A DNA stretch of 44,586 nucleotides from the IMG/VR virus record IMGVR_UViG_3300031673_000122; one strand, given 5' to 3'. A program made the translations under genes and the position numbers. Each line of letters opens with the position of its first letter. Within the stretch, counting starts at the first letter, position 1. This DNA is from a virus. Below the pieces are notes generated by a model, which saw nothing but the letters and a program-made list of their open reading frames with translations, ran no database searches and had not been told where the DNA came from. Shown piece by piece: positions 17,630-25,411 of this stretch.

Positions 17630-17642
17630 TTTGACAAGTTAA
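17629..17642. repeat. 14-nt direct repeat TTTTGACAAGTTAA, copy 2, starting at the discriminator position of the tRNA-like gene
   Basis: Exact match to 17133-17146. Confidence 0.6.
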
Positions 17643-17671
17643 AACCGGCGGCGGCATAGGTTAAACCGCCC
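17636..17671 (+). promoter_or_regulatory. Intergenic GC hairpin carrying two repeated motifs: AAGTTAAAACCGGCGGCGGC plus ATAGGTTAAACCGCCC
   Basis: GGCGG (17650-54) pairs with CCGCC (17666-70), and the loop is CATAGGTTAAA. The first motif recurs at 18301-18320 with 1 mismatch. The second recurs exactly at 17826-17841. It is followed by CTTTT and the RBS of a small ORF. Confidence 0.5.
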
Positions 17672-17689
17672 TTTTGAAAGGATTGAAAA

Positions 17690-17824
17690 ATGGATGAAGA
17701 TAAAGCGAGTGAAATATACTGGCAAGCGGTGCATCTTCTACAAGAAGTAATTGATAGCGGCCATAGAGGTAGTGAAGAGGACATTTTGGAAGAACTTGAA
17801 GAAGATTTAAAGCGGCGGCGATGA
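17690..17824 (+). CDS. 44-aa acidic helical protein, below the ORF-track cutoff
   Basis: Translated by hand: MDEDKASEIYWQAVHLLQEVIDSGHRGSEEDILEELEEDLKRRR*. The RBS is AAAGGATTGA. Confidence 0.45.
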   Translation: MDEDKASEIYWQAVHLLQEVIDSGHRGSEEDILEELEEDLKRRR

Positions 17825-17841
17825 TATAGGTTAAACCGCCC
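17812..17841 (+). promoter_or_regulatory. Second copy of the GGCGG...ATAGGTTAAACCGCCC hairpin motif
   Basis: GGCGG/CCGCC stem with ATAGGTTAAA again in the loop. It overlaps the stop of 17690..17824 and precedes the next small ORF. Confidence 0.45.
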
Positions 17842-17875
17842 AGCAATAATAACTTTTTAAGGAAAGGATTGAGTA

Positions 17876-18055
17876 ATGATTACATTAAAGGATTTTTTAC
17901 CAAGCAACAGACCAGTAGAAAATCAGGTGGGCGATTTAGGTCAATTTCTTATTGAAAATTTCGAGGACGACATGGGCGGAAGCGAGAAAGCCGCTGGCGA
18001 AGGCGCGATAGAAATGGCGGTTAGACTGTTGATGGAATACAAAAAGATAAGGTAA
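17876..18055 (+). CDS. 59-aa acidic protein, below the ORF-track cutoff
   Basis: Translated by hand: MITLKDFLPSNRPVENQVGDLGQFLIENFEDDMGGSEKAAGEGAIEMAVRLLMEYKKIR*. The RBS is GGAAAGGATTGAG. Confidence 0.45.
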   Translation: MITLKDFLPSNRPVENQVGDLGQFLIENFEDDMGGSEKAAGEGAIEMAVRLLMEYKKIR

Positions 18056-18092
18056 ACGGCTTGGCGGCAAGGACTTTGAAAAGGAGATTGAA

Positions 18093-18299
18093 ATGAGTCA
18101 GAATTTGGTTGAACGATTACAAGAGGTAATAAATGAAGCCAAAGATGCTTTACGCATTAGTCTTGAAATGGATTCTCGACCAAATGCTGGCTTGGCTATG
18201 ATGAAACTTTATATTCTTGAGGCCGAAAAAGCACAGGTTGGTGGTGATGTGGTTGCTATGTTACGAGCAGTAAAAAACCTTGAAAGTTATGGTTTTTGA
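18093..18299 (+). CDS. 68-aa helical protein, possibly a paralogue of 17690..17824
   Basis: The RBS is AAAGGAGATTGAA. ERLQEVINEA resembles HLLQEVIDSG of the first small ORF. Confidence 0.5.
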   Translation: MSQNLVERLQEVINEAKDALRISLEMDSRPNAGLAMMKLYILEAEKAQVGGDVVAMLRAVKNLESYGF

Positions 18300-18300
18300 A

Positions 18301-18320
18301 AAGTTAAGACCGGCGGCGGC
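18301..18320 (+). repeat. Repeat of the AAGTTAA(A/G)ACCGGCGGCGGC motif
   Basis: 19/20 identical to 17636-17655. CGGCGGC pairs with GCCGCCG at ~18388-18394, which is followed by ATTTTT. Confidence 0.5.
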
Positions 18321-18467
18321 TTGCAAAAATGAAAAAACGAAAAAGGGTTGGAATAGCGCTGCTGAACAAGGCTTGTAGCCTATAACTGCCGCCGATTTTT
18401 AGATGCGTAAAAGAGTATTTTTTAAGAGAAGGCTAAAATCTCAATAACATTGTGGTCAGGATTAAAA

Positions 18468-18983
18468 ATGCGAATCATAAAAACAATAATTAGTTGTATT
18501 GGCGTATTATTCGGATTTGTGCCGGACTGCGGCGGTGCAGTGCAAACTGAACATGATTGTTGGTTCGGTTTGGACAAGGAAATCTCGACTATCTATTCGG
18601 CAGCGATGCGTAACGGTTGCAAAGGCGTTGATTTTCTGCTGCTCTGTGCAATCAGAAAAGCTGAGAACGGCGACAAGTTCCGTGAATTCGGGATTATCCA
18701 CCCGGCCTGCGAAGCGGCGATGGAAGCTGAACCGAACCGAACGATTGATATACAGGCAGGCAGGGCTGCGGCAACGATTATGAAAAATAGAAAGCGGTGG
18801 GCCGAGGCAGGGATGCCGGGTACGTTCATCGAATTTCTGGCCGATAAATATTGCCCAAAGGAGTGCGATACTGTCGGCAATTTGAATTGGAAAAGGAATG
18901 TAAAATTCTGGTTTAAGAAATTTAGTCTGCAACATCACCGAGAACCCCGAATTGCTGGAACAAAAAAAGTAATCAATGCCTGA
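18468..18983 (+). CDS. Signal-anchored protein with a possible lysozyme/transglycosylase-like domain; candidate SAR-type endolysin (tentative)
   Basis: ATG 18468; the track start 18450 is a TTG. The N-terminal hydrophobic segment is IIKTIISCIGVLFGFV. LLLCAIRKAENGDKFREFGI resembles the catalytic-Glu helix of SLT-like enzymes, but this is recollection only. Confidence 0.35.
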   Translation: MRIIKTIISCIGVLFGFVPDCGGAVQTEHDCWFGLDKEISTIYSAAMRNGCKGVDFLLLCAIRKAENGDKFREFGIIHPACEAAMEAEPNRTIDIQAGRAAATIMKNRKRWAEAGMPGTFIEFLADKYCPKECDTVGNLNWKRNVKFWFKKFSLQHHREPRIAGTKKVINA

Positions 18984-19293
18984 TAGAACAGGACAGCTTG
19001 TTATCGACTTTATGGCAACGGCCCGAAGGGAACATCCCATCCAATCTTTTATGGCGGCTGATAAGAAGAATAAAAGCGATACCTTATCGGCTGACCGGCT
19101 GGATGTTTTAAAGGCTGTGTATTGGCATCCTGGCAGAACGGCCAAGCTGCTTGATACCCTCTACAGATTGAACGGCAAGGCACACCGCAGAGCGCCGGAG
19201 CTTGCGAATATGGGCCTGATATATCGCGATAAATCGGGTAGCGAGATGAGATTGTACATAACAGAAGAAGGACACAGAAAACTGAATCGGTAA
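18976..19293 (+). CDS. Winged-helix DNA-binding protein (MarR-like)
   Basis: 105 aa. LDVLKAVYWHPGRTAKLLDT...RRAPELANMGLIYRDKSG has the look of a wHTH recognition helix plus wing. Confidence 0.45.
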   Translation: MPDRTGQLVIDFMATARREHPIQSFMAADKKNKSDTLSADRLDVLKAVYWHPGRTAKLLDTLYRLNGKAHRRAPELANMGLIYRDKSGSEMRLYITEEGHRKLNR

Positions 19294-19392
19294 GGGATGA
19301 ACTATGAAAGTTTTATTTAAACTGTCTATGCCTAACTGTGGTCAGTCGGCAAGACAATAAAGTATCTATTTTAACGAGAAAGGAATGGCAAC

Positions 19393-19821
19393 ATGGAACA
19401 TACAGACGGAAAAATGGAACTTGTAGATAGTGGTATTGGCACAATCACTTGTATCAAAGTAGGCGAAGTACATATTGCACAGCTTGCCTCTTGCAATTAC
19501 AAAACCAAAACCGAAGAGTTGTTCATGCACAAATTACAAATTGCAAATGCCCGCCGAATTTGCCAATGCTGGAATAATCACGATGCTTTGCTGGCAGCGT
19601 GCAAAGAACAGAACAACATTATCCACCAAGTTTGTTTGCAATTATTGAGATGGGCGGCTGAGTTTCAATCCAAAGAAGGCTGGTCAACATATCGAATTGC
19701 ACCAATAGCAAAGTTAGCGACACAATTGGCGGCAGCAGAAACAAAATTTGAACCCGCCATCGCCGAAGCAGAGAGAAAGGAAAACCATGAACGGGCTTTT
19801 AGAAAGAGTGGAAACTGCTGA
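19393..19821 (+). CDS. Hypothetical protein
   Basis: 142-aa ORF with an ATG start in a compact + strand array. Confidence 0.5.
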   Translation: MEHTDGKMELVDSGIGTITCIKVGEVHIAQLASCNYKTKTEELFMHKLQIANARRICQCWNNHDALLAACKEQNNIIHQVCLQLLRWAAEFQSKEGWSTYRIAPIAKLATQLAAAETKFEPAIAEAERKENHERAFRKSGNC

Positions 19822-20020
19822 AGCTGTGATGTTCCAGATAAACAAGTGGCCTCGGTATCGGCGACTGAGGGACCACAAAAAGCTATTGGCGAAAACTTTA
19901 CATAGATTCAATCTTGAAACTCAATGTCGTGATTGCGGTGCTGTGATGCCGACAGCGATAAACCATGTAAATTGTATCGACTGCAACTCAAGTAATACAT
20001 GCTCGCCATATTACTGCTGA
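19787..20020 (+). CDS. Small Cys-rich (zinc-ribbon-like) protein
   Basis: ATG 19787 follows the RBS GAGAGAAAGGAAAA. CRDCG...CIDC motifs are present. Confidence 0.45.
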   Translation: MNGLLERVETAEAVMFQINKWPRYRRLRDHKKLLAKTLHRFNLETQCRDCGAVMPTAINHVNCIDCNSSNTCSPYYC

Positions 20021-20042
20021 AAAACATAGAAAGGAAAGGAAA

Positions 20043-20966
20043 ATGGAAACAAAAACACAACCTGAACAAGTAGAAGCAACACCAGTAGAAGGCCCATCAA
20101 CTGAAATCGCAAGGGTACTAAACGAAGGCGACCCGGATATGCAACTTGCGATTCTTGAAAAGAAGGCGACATTAGCCATTCGATTTTCACAGGCTATAAA
20201 CACAATCCTGATAACGCAGACCTATCCTGAAGATTGGAAACAATTCGGGGAAGGCGATAAGGCAACAGTCTGCCTGTCGTCTGCTGGTGCTGAAAGAGTG
20301 GCCCGACATTTCGGTATCAAGATATTCGAGGTGACGAATCGCAAAGAGGAGTTCACGGATACTCTTGGTAAAGGCTATCGCTATATCTTTGAGGGTAAGG
20401 CTGCTATGGGGGACAGACTCACCTATGCACAGGGAACATACAGCACCCGTGACAAATTCCTCGGCTACAAAGGCAATAGTTACAGGGCTGTCGAGGACAT
20501 CAACGAAAACGATATCAGGGACGCTGCCTACCACATTTTTACAGGCAATGCCATAAAAGGCTTGCTCGGCCTGCGTGGAATACCGGCTGCACGATTTGCG
20601 GAGATTATGGGCAGAGCCGGTGAAAACGCAGACAAATCGACAAAGGTTTCGCACGGTGCAGGTACGCAGGGCGGAACATCTGCCGATGACACAAAAAATC
20701 AGCAGGAGTTATCAAAAATCCTGATTGATATGGCAAATGCCAGCCAGATGATTGTTGTCGATGACATAGGCAAATACAGTACCGAGGGAACATCCGAAAT
20801 TGCCGATTCAATAGAGGTTGCAAAAGCATCCTGCAAAGCCCTTACTTCGTTCTACAGCAAAAAAGACAGTAAGATGGTTTCCGGTATCGAAAGCATCAAG
20901 GCGTTAAAAGGAAAAAGGCTTTCGATAGCCCTGGAAAATGCAAAGAACTTGCAGCAAGGGGGATAA
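20043..20966 (+). CDS. Single-strand annealing protein (RecT/Rad52-superfamily-like recombinase)
   Basis: 307 aa. The segment CLSSAGAERVARHFGIKI...GYRYIFEGKA...AYHIFTGNAIKGLLGLRGI resembles phage SSAPs as I recall them. It lies directly upstream of an exonuclease gene. Confidence 0.5.
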   Translation: METKTQPEQVEATPVEGPSTEIARVLNEGDPDMQLAILEKKATLAIRFSQAINTILITQTYPEDWKQFGEGDKATVCLSSAGAERVARHFGIKIFEVTNRKEEFTDTLGKGYRYIFEGKAAMGDRLTYAQGTYSTRDKFLGYKGNSYRAVEDINENDIRDAAYHIFTGNAIKGLLGLRGIPAARFAEIMGRAGENADKSTKVSHGAGTQGGTSADDTKNQQELSKILIDMANASQMIVVDDIGKYSTEGTSEIADSIEVAKASCKALTSFYSKKDSKMVSGIESIKALKGKRLSIALENAKNLQQGG

Positions 20967-20967
20967 A

Positions 20968-21972
20968 ATGGAAACAATCAGTAATATGACAATAGATATA
21001 CAAAGCGGAATCAGGGCAGTTTTACACCGCAAGAAAAAAGTTTTTCAACAGCACGTCAATCGCATCAGTGGGATGGACGACCCGTGCTTGCGAAGTCTGT
21101 ATTATGCTCGGCACGACTGGGACAAGGCATCTGCGATTGATGATGGTTTGCAGGGCATATTCGAGACAGGTAATGTCTTAGAGCCAGTTATCGAGCGAAT
21201 CGTTTCGGAAGTGGGTTTGGAATCTACTCCGCAATGGCGGATTGTCGGAACACAGACAAGCACAAACGATAATCTTCTGAAAGAGTACCAGATAAGCGGA
21301 ACGATTGACGGGTTTTTGCAAATCAAAGACCCTGAAAGAATAAAAGATAATAACAGTGGTTGGGTAACTTTAGGCGTTGTTGACATAAAAACAATGTCAC
21401 CAAACATTTATCCTCGCATTAACGACTTTGAATCTCTGGGCCGTTTCCCCTGGACACGCAGGTATAGAGGTCAGTTGATGCTCTATGCACTGGCCCATAA
21501 TCTCGAAATGTGCTATCTGCTTTTAGACAACAAGCAAAATCTTTTCGAGATGAAATTGATCAGCTTTCCCGTTGATATGGCATATTGCGATAACCTACTG
21601 GAAAAAGCAAAGATTGTCAATGAGGCGATTGAGACAGAAACCCCGCCCGTAGGCATAAGCGATCCTGATACCTGCCCCAAATGCAAATTCTTTTCGTTCT
21701 GCTGTCCGGACATTGTTACCGGTAAAGATTTGCAGGTTATCGATAATGATGAATTGGCGGCTGTTCTCGACCGAATGGCTGAACTTGAACCTGTTGAAAA
21801 GGAATATTGTGAACTTGAAAAACAACGGGATGCCTTACTAATTAAAGGTCAGGACGTTGCCTGTGGTAATTGGCTTGTTATCTGGAAAAAAATCATAAAG
21901 AACTTTGGGGCATCACCAGCAAAAGAGGCTTTCACAAGAGAGGAATGGCGTAAATCAATTACAAGGACATAG
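20968..21972 (+). CDS. PD-(D/E)XK exonuclease of the Cas4/RecB type with a four-Cys cluster
   Basis: ATG 20968 follows AAGGGGGATAAA. Motifs are GTIDGF, VVDIKT and RGQLMLYA. There is an N-terminal Cys (DDPCLRSLYY) plus a C-terminal CPKCKFFSFCC. Confidence 0.7.
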   Translation: METISNMTIDIQSGIRAVLHRKKKVFQQHVNRISGMDDPCLRSLYYARHDWDKASAIDDGLQGIFETGNVLEPVIERIVSEVGLESTPQWRIVGTQTSTNDNLLKEYQISGTIDGFLQIKDPERIKDNNSGWVTLGVVDIKTMSPNIYPRINDFESLGRFPWTRRYRGQLMLYALAHNLEMCYLLLDNKQNLFEMKLISFPVDMAYCDNLLEKAKIVNEAIETETPPVGISDPDTCPKCKFFSFCCPDIVTGKDLQVIDNDELAAVLDRMAELEPVEKEYCELEKQRDALLIKGQDVACGNWLVIWKKIIKNFGASPAKEAFTREEWRKSITRT

Positions 21973-21976
21973 CCAA

Positions 21977-22135
21977 ATGAGAATTATCGGAAAAATACGC
22001 TGCTTTGTATCGGGACACAAGACCCGATATTTCGATGAGCAGTACGATTACTGTTGGCAATGTGGGCACATGAGAAAAAGGATTGACGGAGATAAAGACA
22101 CGGATGTCAACGCATCAAGTCCAGCAAATAATTGA
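21977..22135 (+). CDS. 52-aa Cys-containing small protein, below the ORF-track cutoff
   Basis: Translated by hand: MRIIGKIRCFVSGHKTRYFDEQYDYCWQCGHMRKRIDGDKDTDVNASSPANN*. It overlaps the next gene's start region. Confidence 0.3.
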   Translation: MRIIGKIRCFVSGHKTRYFDEQYDYCWQCGHMRKRIDGDKDTDVNASSPANN

Positions 22136-22559
22136 CGGCCAGTTGACTTTCAAGCAGCCGCTAACCGAGATACTTGCAGAATTGCAGGCCGGCGGAGCCT
22201 TGCAAACTCTATCAGCCCTCGAATACCACACAGACAGGCAGAGGCGATGGTACAAAGGTATCTGTCTGAAAGGTCTGTCCGACTGGTCAGGCGATACCCA
22301 AGACGAATGGGATTTGAAACTGAAGGCTTTCTGCAACGGCACTGAACTACTCAAGAAGGAAATCATCTATCTCGGCTTCGGCCAGACCTGCACACGATTA
22401 ACAATCGTAGGCGTTGGCAAAAAGAATATGACCGCCTATATCAAAAACATCCTAAGCAAATCAATCGAAATGGATTGGCCGGTAACGCCGCCGGATGAAA
22501 CTTTAACCGGAACTAAGAGGAAACAAGGAAGGTTCCTTTCTCGTGGACGGGCAGGTTAA
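22083..22559 (+). CDS. Hypothetical protein; alternative start at ATG 22104
   Basis: 158-aa ORF followed immediately by a terminator. Confidence 0.55.
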   Translation: MTEIKTRMSTHQVQQIIDGQLTFKQPLTEILAELQAGGALQTLSALEYHTDRQRRWYKGICLKGLSDWSGDTQDEWDLKLKAFCNGTELLKKEIIYLGFGQTCTRLTIVGVGKKNMTAYIKNILSKSIEMDWPVTPPDETLTGTKRKQGRFLSRGRAG

Positions 22560-22594
22560 AGCAGGCTCATAGTTTGCTACCTGCTCGTTTTTTT
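22560..22594 (+). terminator. Intrinsic terminator
   Basis: AGCAGG (22560-65) pairs with CCTGCT (22580-85) and is followed by CGTTTTTTT. Confidence 0.65.
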
Positions 22595-22604
22595 GGAAGA
22601 CAAA

Positions 22605-22889
22605 ATGAAAAAATATAATTATCTTCAAGTTATACCAAACCAGACAGGCACGTTCTTTAAGGTGTTCTGGCGGTATAACGTTCTAAGAACCGACAAAGGC
22701 AAGTTAATCAACCAGCACTATGATAGGCTTGCCTTTGTAGCGAATAATCCGAAACAAGTCTCTCAACGAATTAAAAAATTCATCGAAAATCATCCTGACT
22801 GTACAGGAATAGATTTTGAGAAAACTGAAACAAACTGCCCCGCAGGCAGGGAGGCTGAAATATGGCTTATGCCTCACAAACAAACGTAA
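22605..22889 (+). CDS. Hypothetical protein
   Basis: ATG 22605; the track start 22593 is a TTG inside the terminator T-tract. 94 aa. Confidence 0.5.
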   Translation: MKKYNYLQVIPNQTGTFFKVFWRYNVLRTDKGKLINQHYDRLAFVANNPKQVSQRIKKFIENHPDCTGIDFEKTETNCPAGREAEIWLMPHKQT

Positions 22890-23326
22890 ACATTGACAGG
22901 TCAAAATCTGAAATTGAGCACTTATTAAGAAAATACGGGGCGACTAAATATGGGTATATGTCGGATTCGGCACAAAGAGCAGTTGTCGTGTTTGAATTGG
23001 GCAGACGACCTTATCGTTTAGGCTTAGAGATGCCTGGTAAACGAGATTATGAGACAACACCCACAGGCCGAGAAAGAAGCCAAAGCGAAACACAACGTAT
23101 CTACGACCAAGCCTGCCGACAAAAATGGAGAGCATTGTTTCTTTTGATTAAAGCAAAGTTGGTCGGCATTGATGAGAAGCTGGTCAGCTTTGAAAAGGAA
23201 TTTTTACCCTGGGCAATGTTGCCAAACGGACAGAATGTGGCTGATTATGTCACGCCGCAGTTGGACGAGTTAATCGAAAACAAAAAACTGACTTTGCAAT
23301 TACCTGGCACAATAGAAAAAGAATGA
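22862..23326 (+). CDS. Hypothetical conserved-looking phage protein
   Basis: 154-aa ORF. No family was recognised with confidence. Confidence 0.55.
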   Translation: MAYASQTNVNIDRSKSEIEHLLRKYGATKYGYMSDSAQRAVVVFELGRRPYRLGLEMPGKRDYETTPTGRERSQSETQRIYDQACRQKWRALFLLIKAKLVGIDEKLVSFEKEFLPWAMLPNGQNVADYVTPQLDELIENKKLTLQLPGTIEKE

Positions 23327-23335
23327 GGTCGACAG

Positions 23336-23818
23336 ATGATGCCAGTAAAAGAAAATAAATTGGTTGTGGGGAGTTCACCTTGGGCAGAATCTTTACCCGA
23401 ATGGCTTTTGGATGAGATAAAAAATGAGAGGTTAATATTGGGATTGATTAGTGTAGTAACCTCCGATGTCCCCAAAGTAGGTGATGCAGAGATTATTGCT
23501 TATCTTATGACATCCTGCTTAGTTGCCCCATTGCCCAGCACTGAAGCAAAAATTTATTTTTATTTGACAACGAAAATCTTACGGAAAAGAAAACGAGCGG
23601 TGCCTATTGAGATTTGTGTTGAGGAAATTTCCGAATACGAACAACGCCAGTTGGAAAAATTACGAACTATGATTTACGACAAGCGAGGCGGCGAAATTCA
23701 ACATCCTCTTCTCAATATGATGCGAATATTTAAGAAAGAGATAAATAAAAACAATAGAAGCAAGTGGCCAAAAAAATCAAATCAGCTATCGTTATTTCCA
23801 AACGAGGCCAACAGATGA
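23336..23818 (+). CDS. Hypothetical protein; N-terminus MMPVKENK
   Basis: 160-aa ORF. Its start region is GAGGTCGACAGATGATGCCAGTAAA, repeated at the next gene. Confidence 0.55.
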   Translation: MMPVKENKLVVGSSPWAESLPEWLLDEIKNERLILGLISVVTSDVPKVGDAEIIAYLMTSCLVAPLPSTEAKIYFYLTTKILRKRKRAVPIEICVEEISEYEQRQLEKLRTMIYDKRGGEIQHPLLNMMRIFKKEINKNNRSKWPKKSNQLSLFPNEANR

Positions 23819-24075
23819 TGCCGGTAAACAAAATTGAGAACACGGAACTAACCGAGGCTGATATAGGCCGTTGGGTAGAATACTGGCCAACCGGAGAAAA
23901 AGGTCGCATAAAATCCTGGAATAAGCACTTCATTTTTGTCGTGTATAGATGTAGCAATAATTGGGATGATTATCAAAACTATACAGCTGCTTCAACACAT
24001 CCTAAAGCCTTAAAATTTATTGAGACTCCGCAACTTTCCGGCCAGAAGGGACTGTTTGAGAAAGGCAGAATATGA
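23815..24075 (+). CDS. Hypothetical protein; N-terminus MMPVNKIEN
   Basis: ATG 23815 overlaps the upstream stop (ATGA); the track start 23764 is a GTG. The start region GAGGCCAACAGATGATGCCGGTAAA is near-identical to that of 23336. Confidence 0.5.
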   Translation: MMPVNKIENTELTEADIGRWVEYWPTGEKGRIKSWNKHFIFVVYRCSNNWDDYQNYTAASTHPKALKFIETPQLSGQKGLFEKGRI

Positions 24076-24308
24076 ATGAAATGGCTTATGTAGCTAAATG
24101 TGTTTGCGGTGGTCTTATAATGGCTTGTGTGGATTTACCCGAACGTAAAAACGATACAGCAAAAGAAGTTGCCTCTTGTTTGCGTGCTGGTTACGAAATT
24201 AGCCGTATGACAGTAGAAGAAGTTAGGGCACATAAATGGTGTGATAATTGTGGCAAATGTGCTATCCAGAAAGGTCTGTTTGGAATACAAAAGGCAGGTG
24301 AATTATGA
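24072..24308 (+). CDS. Small Cys-rich protein
   Basis: 78 aa with CVCGG...CDNCGKC. It ends in KAGEL*, which is encoded by the junction motif. Confidence 0.5.
   Translation: MNEMAYVAKCVCGGLIMACVDLPERKNDTAKEVASCLRAGYEISRMTVEEVRAHKWCDNCGKCAIQKGLFGIQKAGEL
24289..24307 (+). promoter_or_regulatory. Junction motif copy 1: AAAGGCAGGTGAA, then 2 nt, then ATG
   Basis: The exact 13-mer is shared by five consecutive gene junctions and includes a Shine-Dalgarno-like AGGTGA. Confidence 0.7.
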
Positions 24309-24583
24309 TTATTGAAGAAGAAGAAAGAAACGAAAAAATTATTACTCATTGTCGATGGTTCAAAAATGAAATCGGAGACCACATTGGCATTTTGTTTTGT
24401 CAGTTCGGCATAATTTATTTGGGTTTATATTCGGATACAGGCGGAGAGATTTATGAAGGCGGCGAGGCTCAGATAATCCACAAAAATAAACTCCATACTC
24501 TTCTTCGTGACAACAATCTGACAAAAAGAGGGTGGATTAGAATAGCGAAAAAATGGGCGATTGATATTTGGAGCCCTGAGTGA
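24305..24583 (+). CDS. Hypothetical protein
   Basis: 92-aa ORF with an ATGA overlap with the upstream gene. Confidence 0.5.
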   Translation: MIIEEEERNEKIITHCRWFKNEIGDHIGILFCQFGIIYLGLYSDTGGEIYEGGEAQIIHKNKLHTLLRDNNLTKRGWIRIAKKWAIDIWSPE

Positions 24584-24646
24584 CAAGAATCAGGATTGCG
24601 AAATTACGTATACGAACGGCAAGACTTATTATCACCGATACAGCAA

Positions 24647-24667
24647 GAAAGGCAGGTGAATGATATG
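24647..24667 (+). promoter_or_regulatory. Junction motif copy 2
   Basis: AGAAAGGCAGGTGAATGATATG. Confidence 0.7.
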
Positions 24668-24907
24668 AGTAAGGAAATAAAAGACTTTTGTCTTAGTGGC
24701 ACTTGTGAAAAATTAGAGCAGCTTCAGGCCGAGCTTGAGAAAACTTGTAAGTGGACACCCGTCGAATCATATGATGGAGAATACTATTGGGAAACAGAAT
24801 GTGGCAAATCTTTTTTTGTTGATGAAGGAACTCCAGCAGACAATGAGATGAACTTTTGTGCTTATTGTGGCGGGAAACTTATAGTTCAAGCCCTGAAAGG
24901 CAGGTGA
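24665..24907 (+). CDS. Small zinc-ribbon-like protein
   Basis: ATG 24665 follows the motif; the track start 24596 is a TTG. It has CAYCGG and a coiled segment EQLQAELE encoded by a 23-nt repeat. Confidence 0.5.
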   Translation: MSKEIKDFCLSGTCEKLEQLQAELEKTCKWTPVESYDGEYYWETECGKSFFVDEGTPADNEMNFCAYCGGKLIVQALKGR

Positions 24908-24913
24908 ATGATG
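24894..24913 (+). promoter_or_regulatory. Junction motif copy 3
   Basis: TGAAAGGCAGGTGAATGATG. Confidence 0.7.
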
Positions 24914-25411
24914 GCGGTGATTGGACGAAGAGGCAAATACGCAGGGGAAATACCAGAGATAAGCCACAAAGAGCTGGTTGATAAGGCATTTCATTATTTG
25001 AGGTTGAGTTACACAGTAGTTTTCAGGGAACGGGTCGATTCAACATCTGAAAATCCAGATGCTATTGGTTTCAAGAGAGGCTTTAGCTGTTTGATTGAGT
25101 GCAAAGCTTCAAGAGCGGATTTTTTATTAGATAAAGAAAAGCTGTTTAGAAAACGTCCGCAGGACGGCATGGGATACGAGCGTTATTTTATGGCTCCGAT
25201 TGGCTTGCTCGAACCATCGGAAATGCCTGATGGATGGGGACTCCTTGAGGTGGGAGAGGTTGCGAGAAAATACAGGCCCGTGACTATGGCCCATGACAGC
25301 GAAAGATTTTTTGAAAGAAACCTGCAGGCTGAGGTTGCATATTTGACCTCCTCGATAAGGCGTATCAATATATCAATGGCTGTATTTGTTGAAAAGGCAG
25401 GTGAAGGATGA
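24908..25411 (+). CDS. PD-(D/E)XK-fold nuclease-like protein (resolvase or MmcB-like)
   Basis: 167 aa. ENPDAIGF...SCLIECKASRADF fits a D...ExK nuclease core. Confidence 0.5.
   Translation: MMAVIGRRGKYAGEIPEISHKELVDKAFHYLRLSYTVVFRERVDSTSENPDAIGFKRGFSCLIECKASRADFLLDKEKLFRKRPQDGMGYERYFMAPIGLLEPSEMPDGWGLLEVGEVARKYRPVTMAHDSERFFERNLQAEVAYLTSSIRRINISMAVFVEKAGEG
25391..25410 (+). promoter_or_regulatory. Junction motif copy 4
   Basis: GAAAAGGCAGGTGAAGGATG. Confidence 0.7.
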
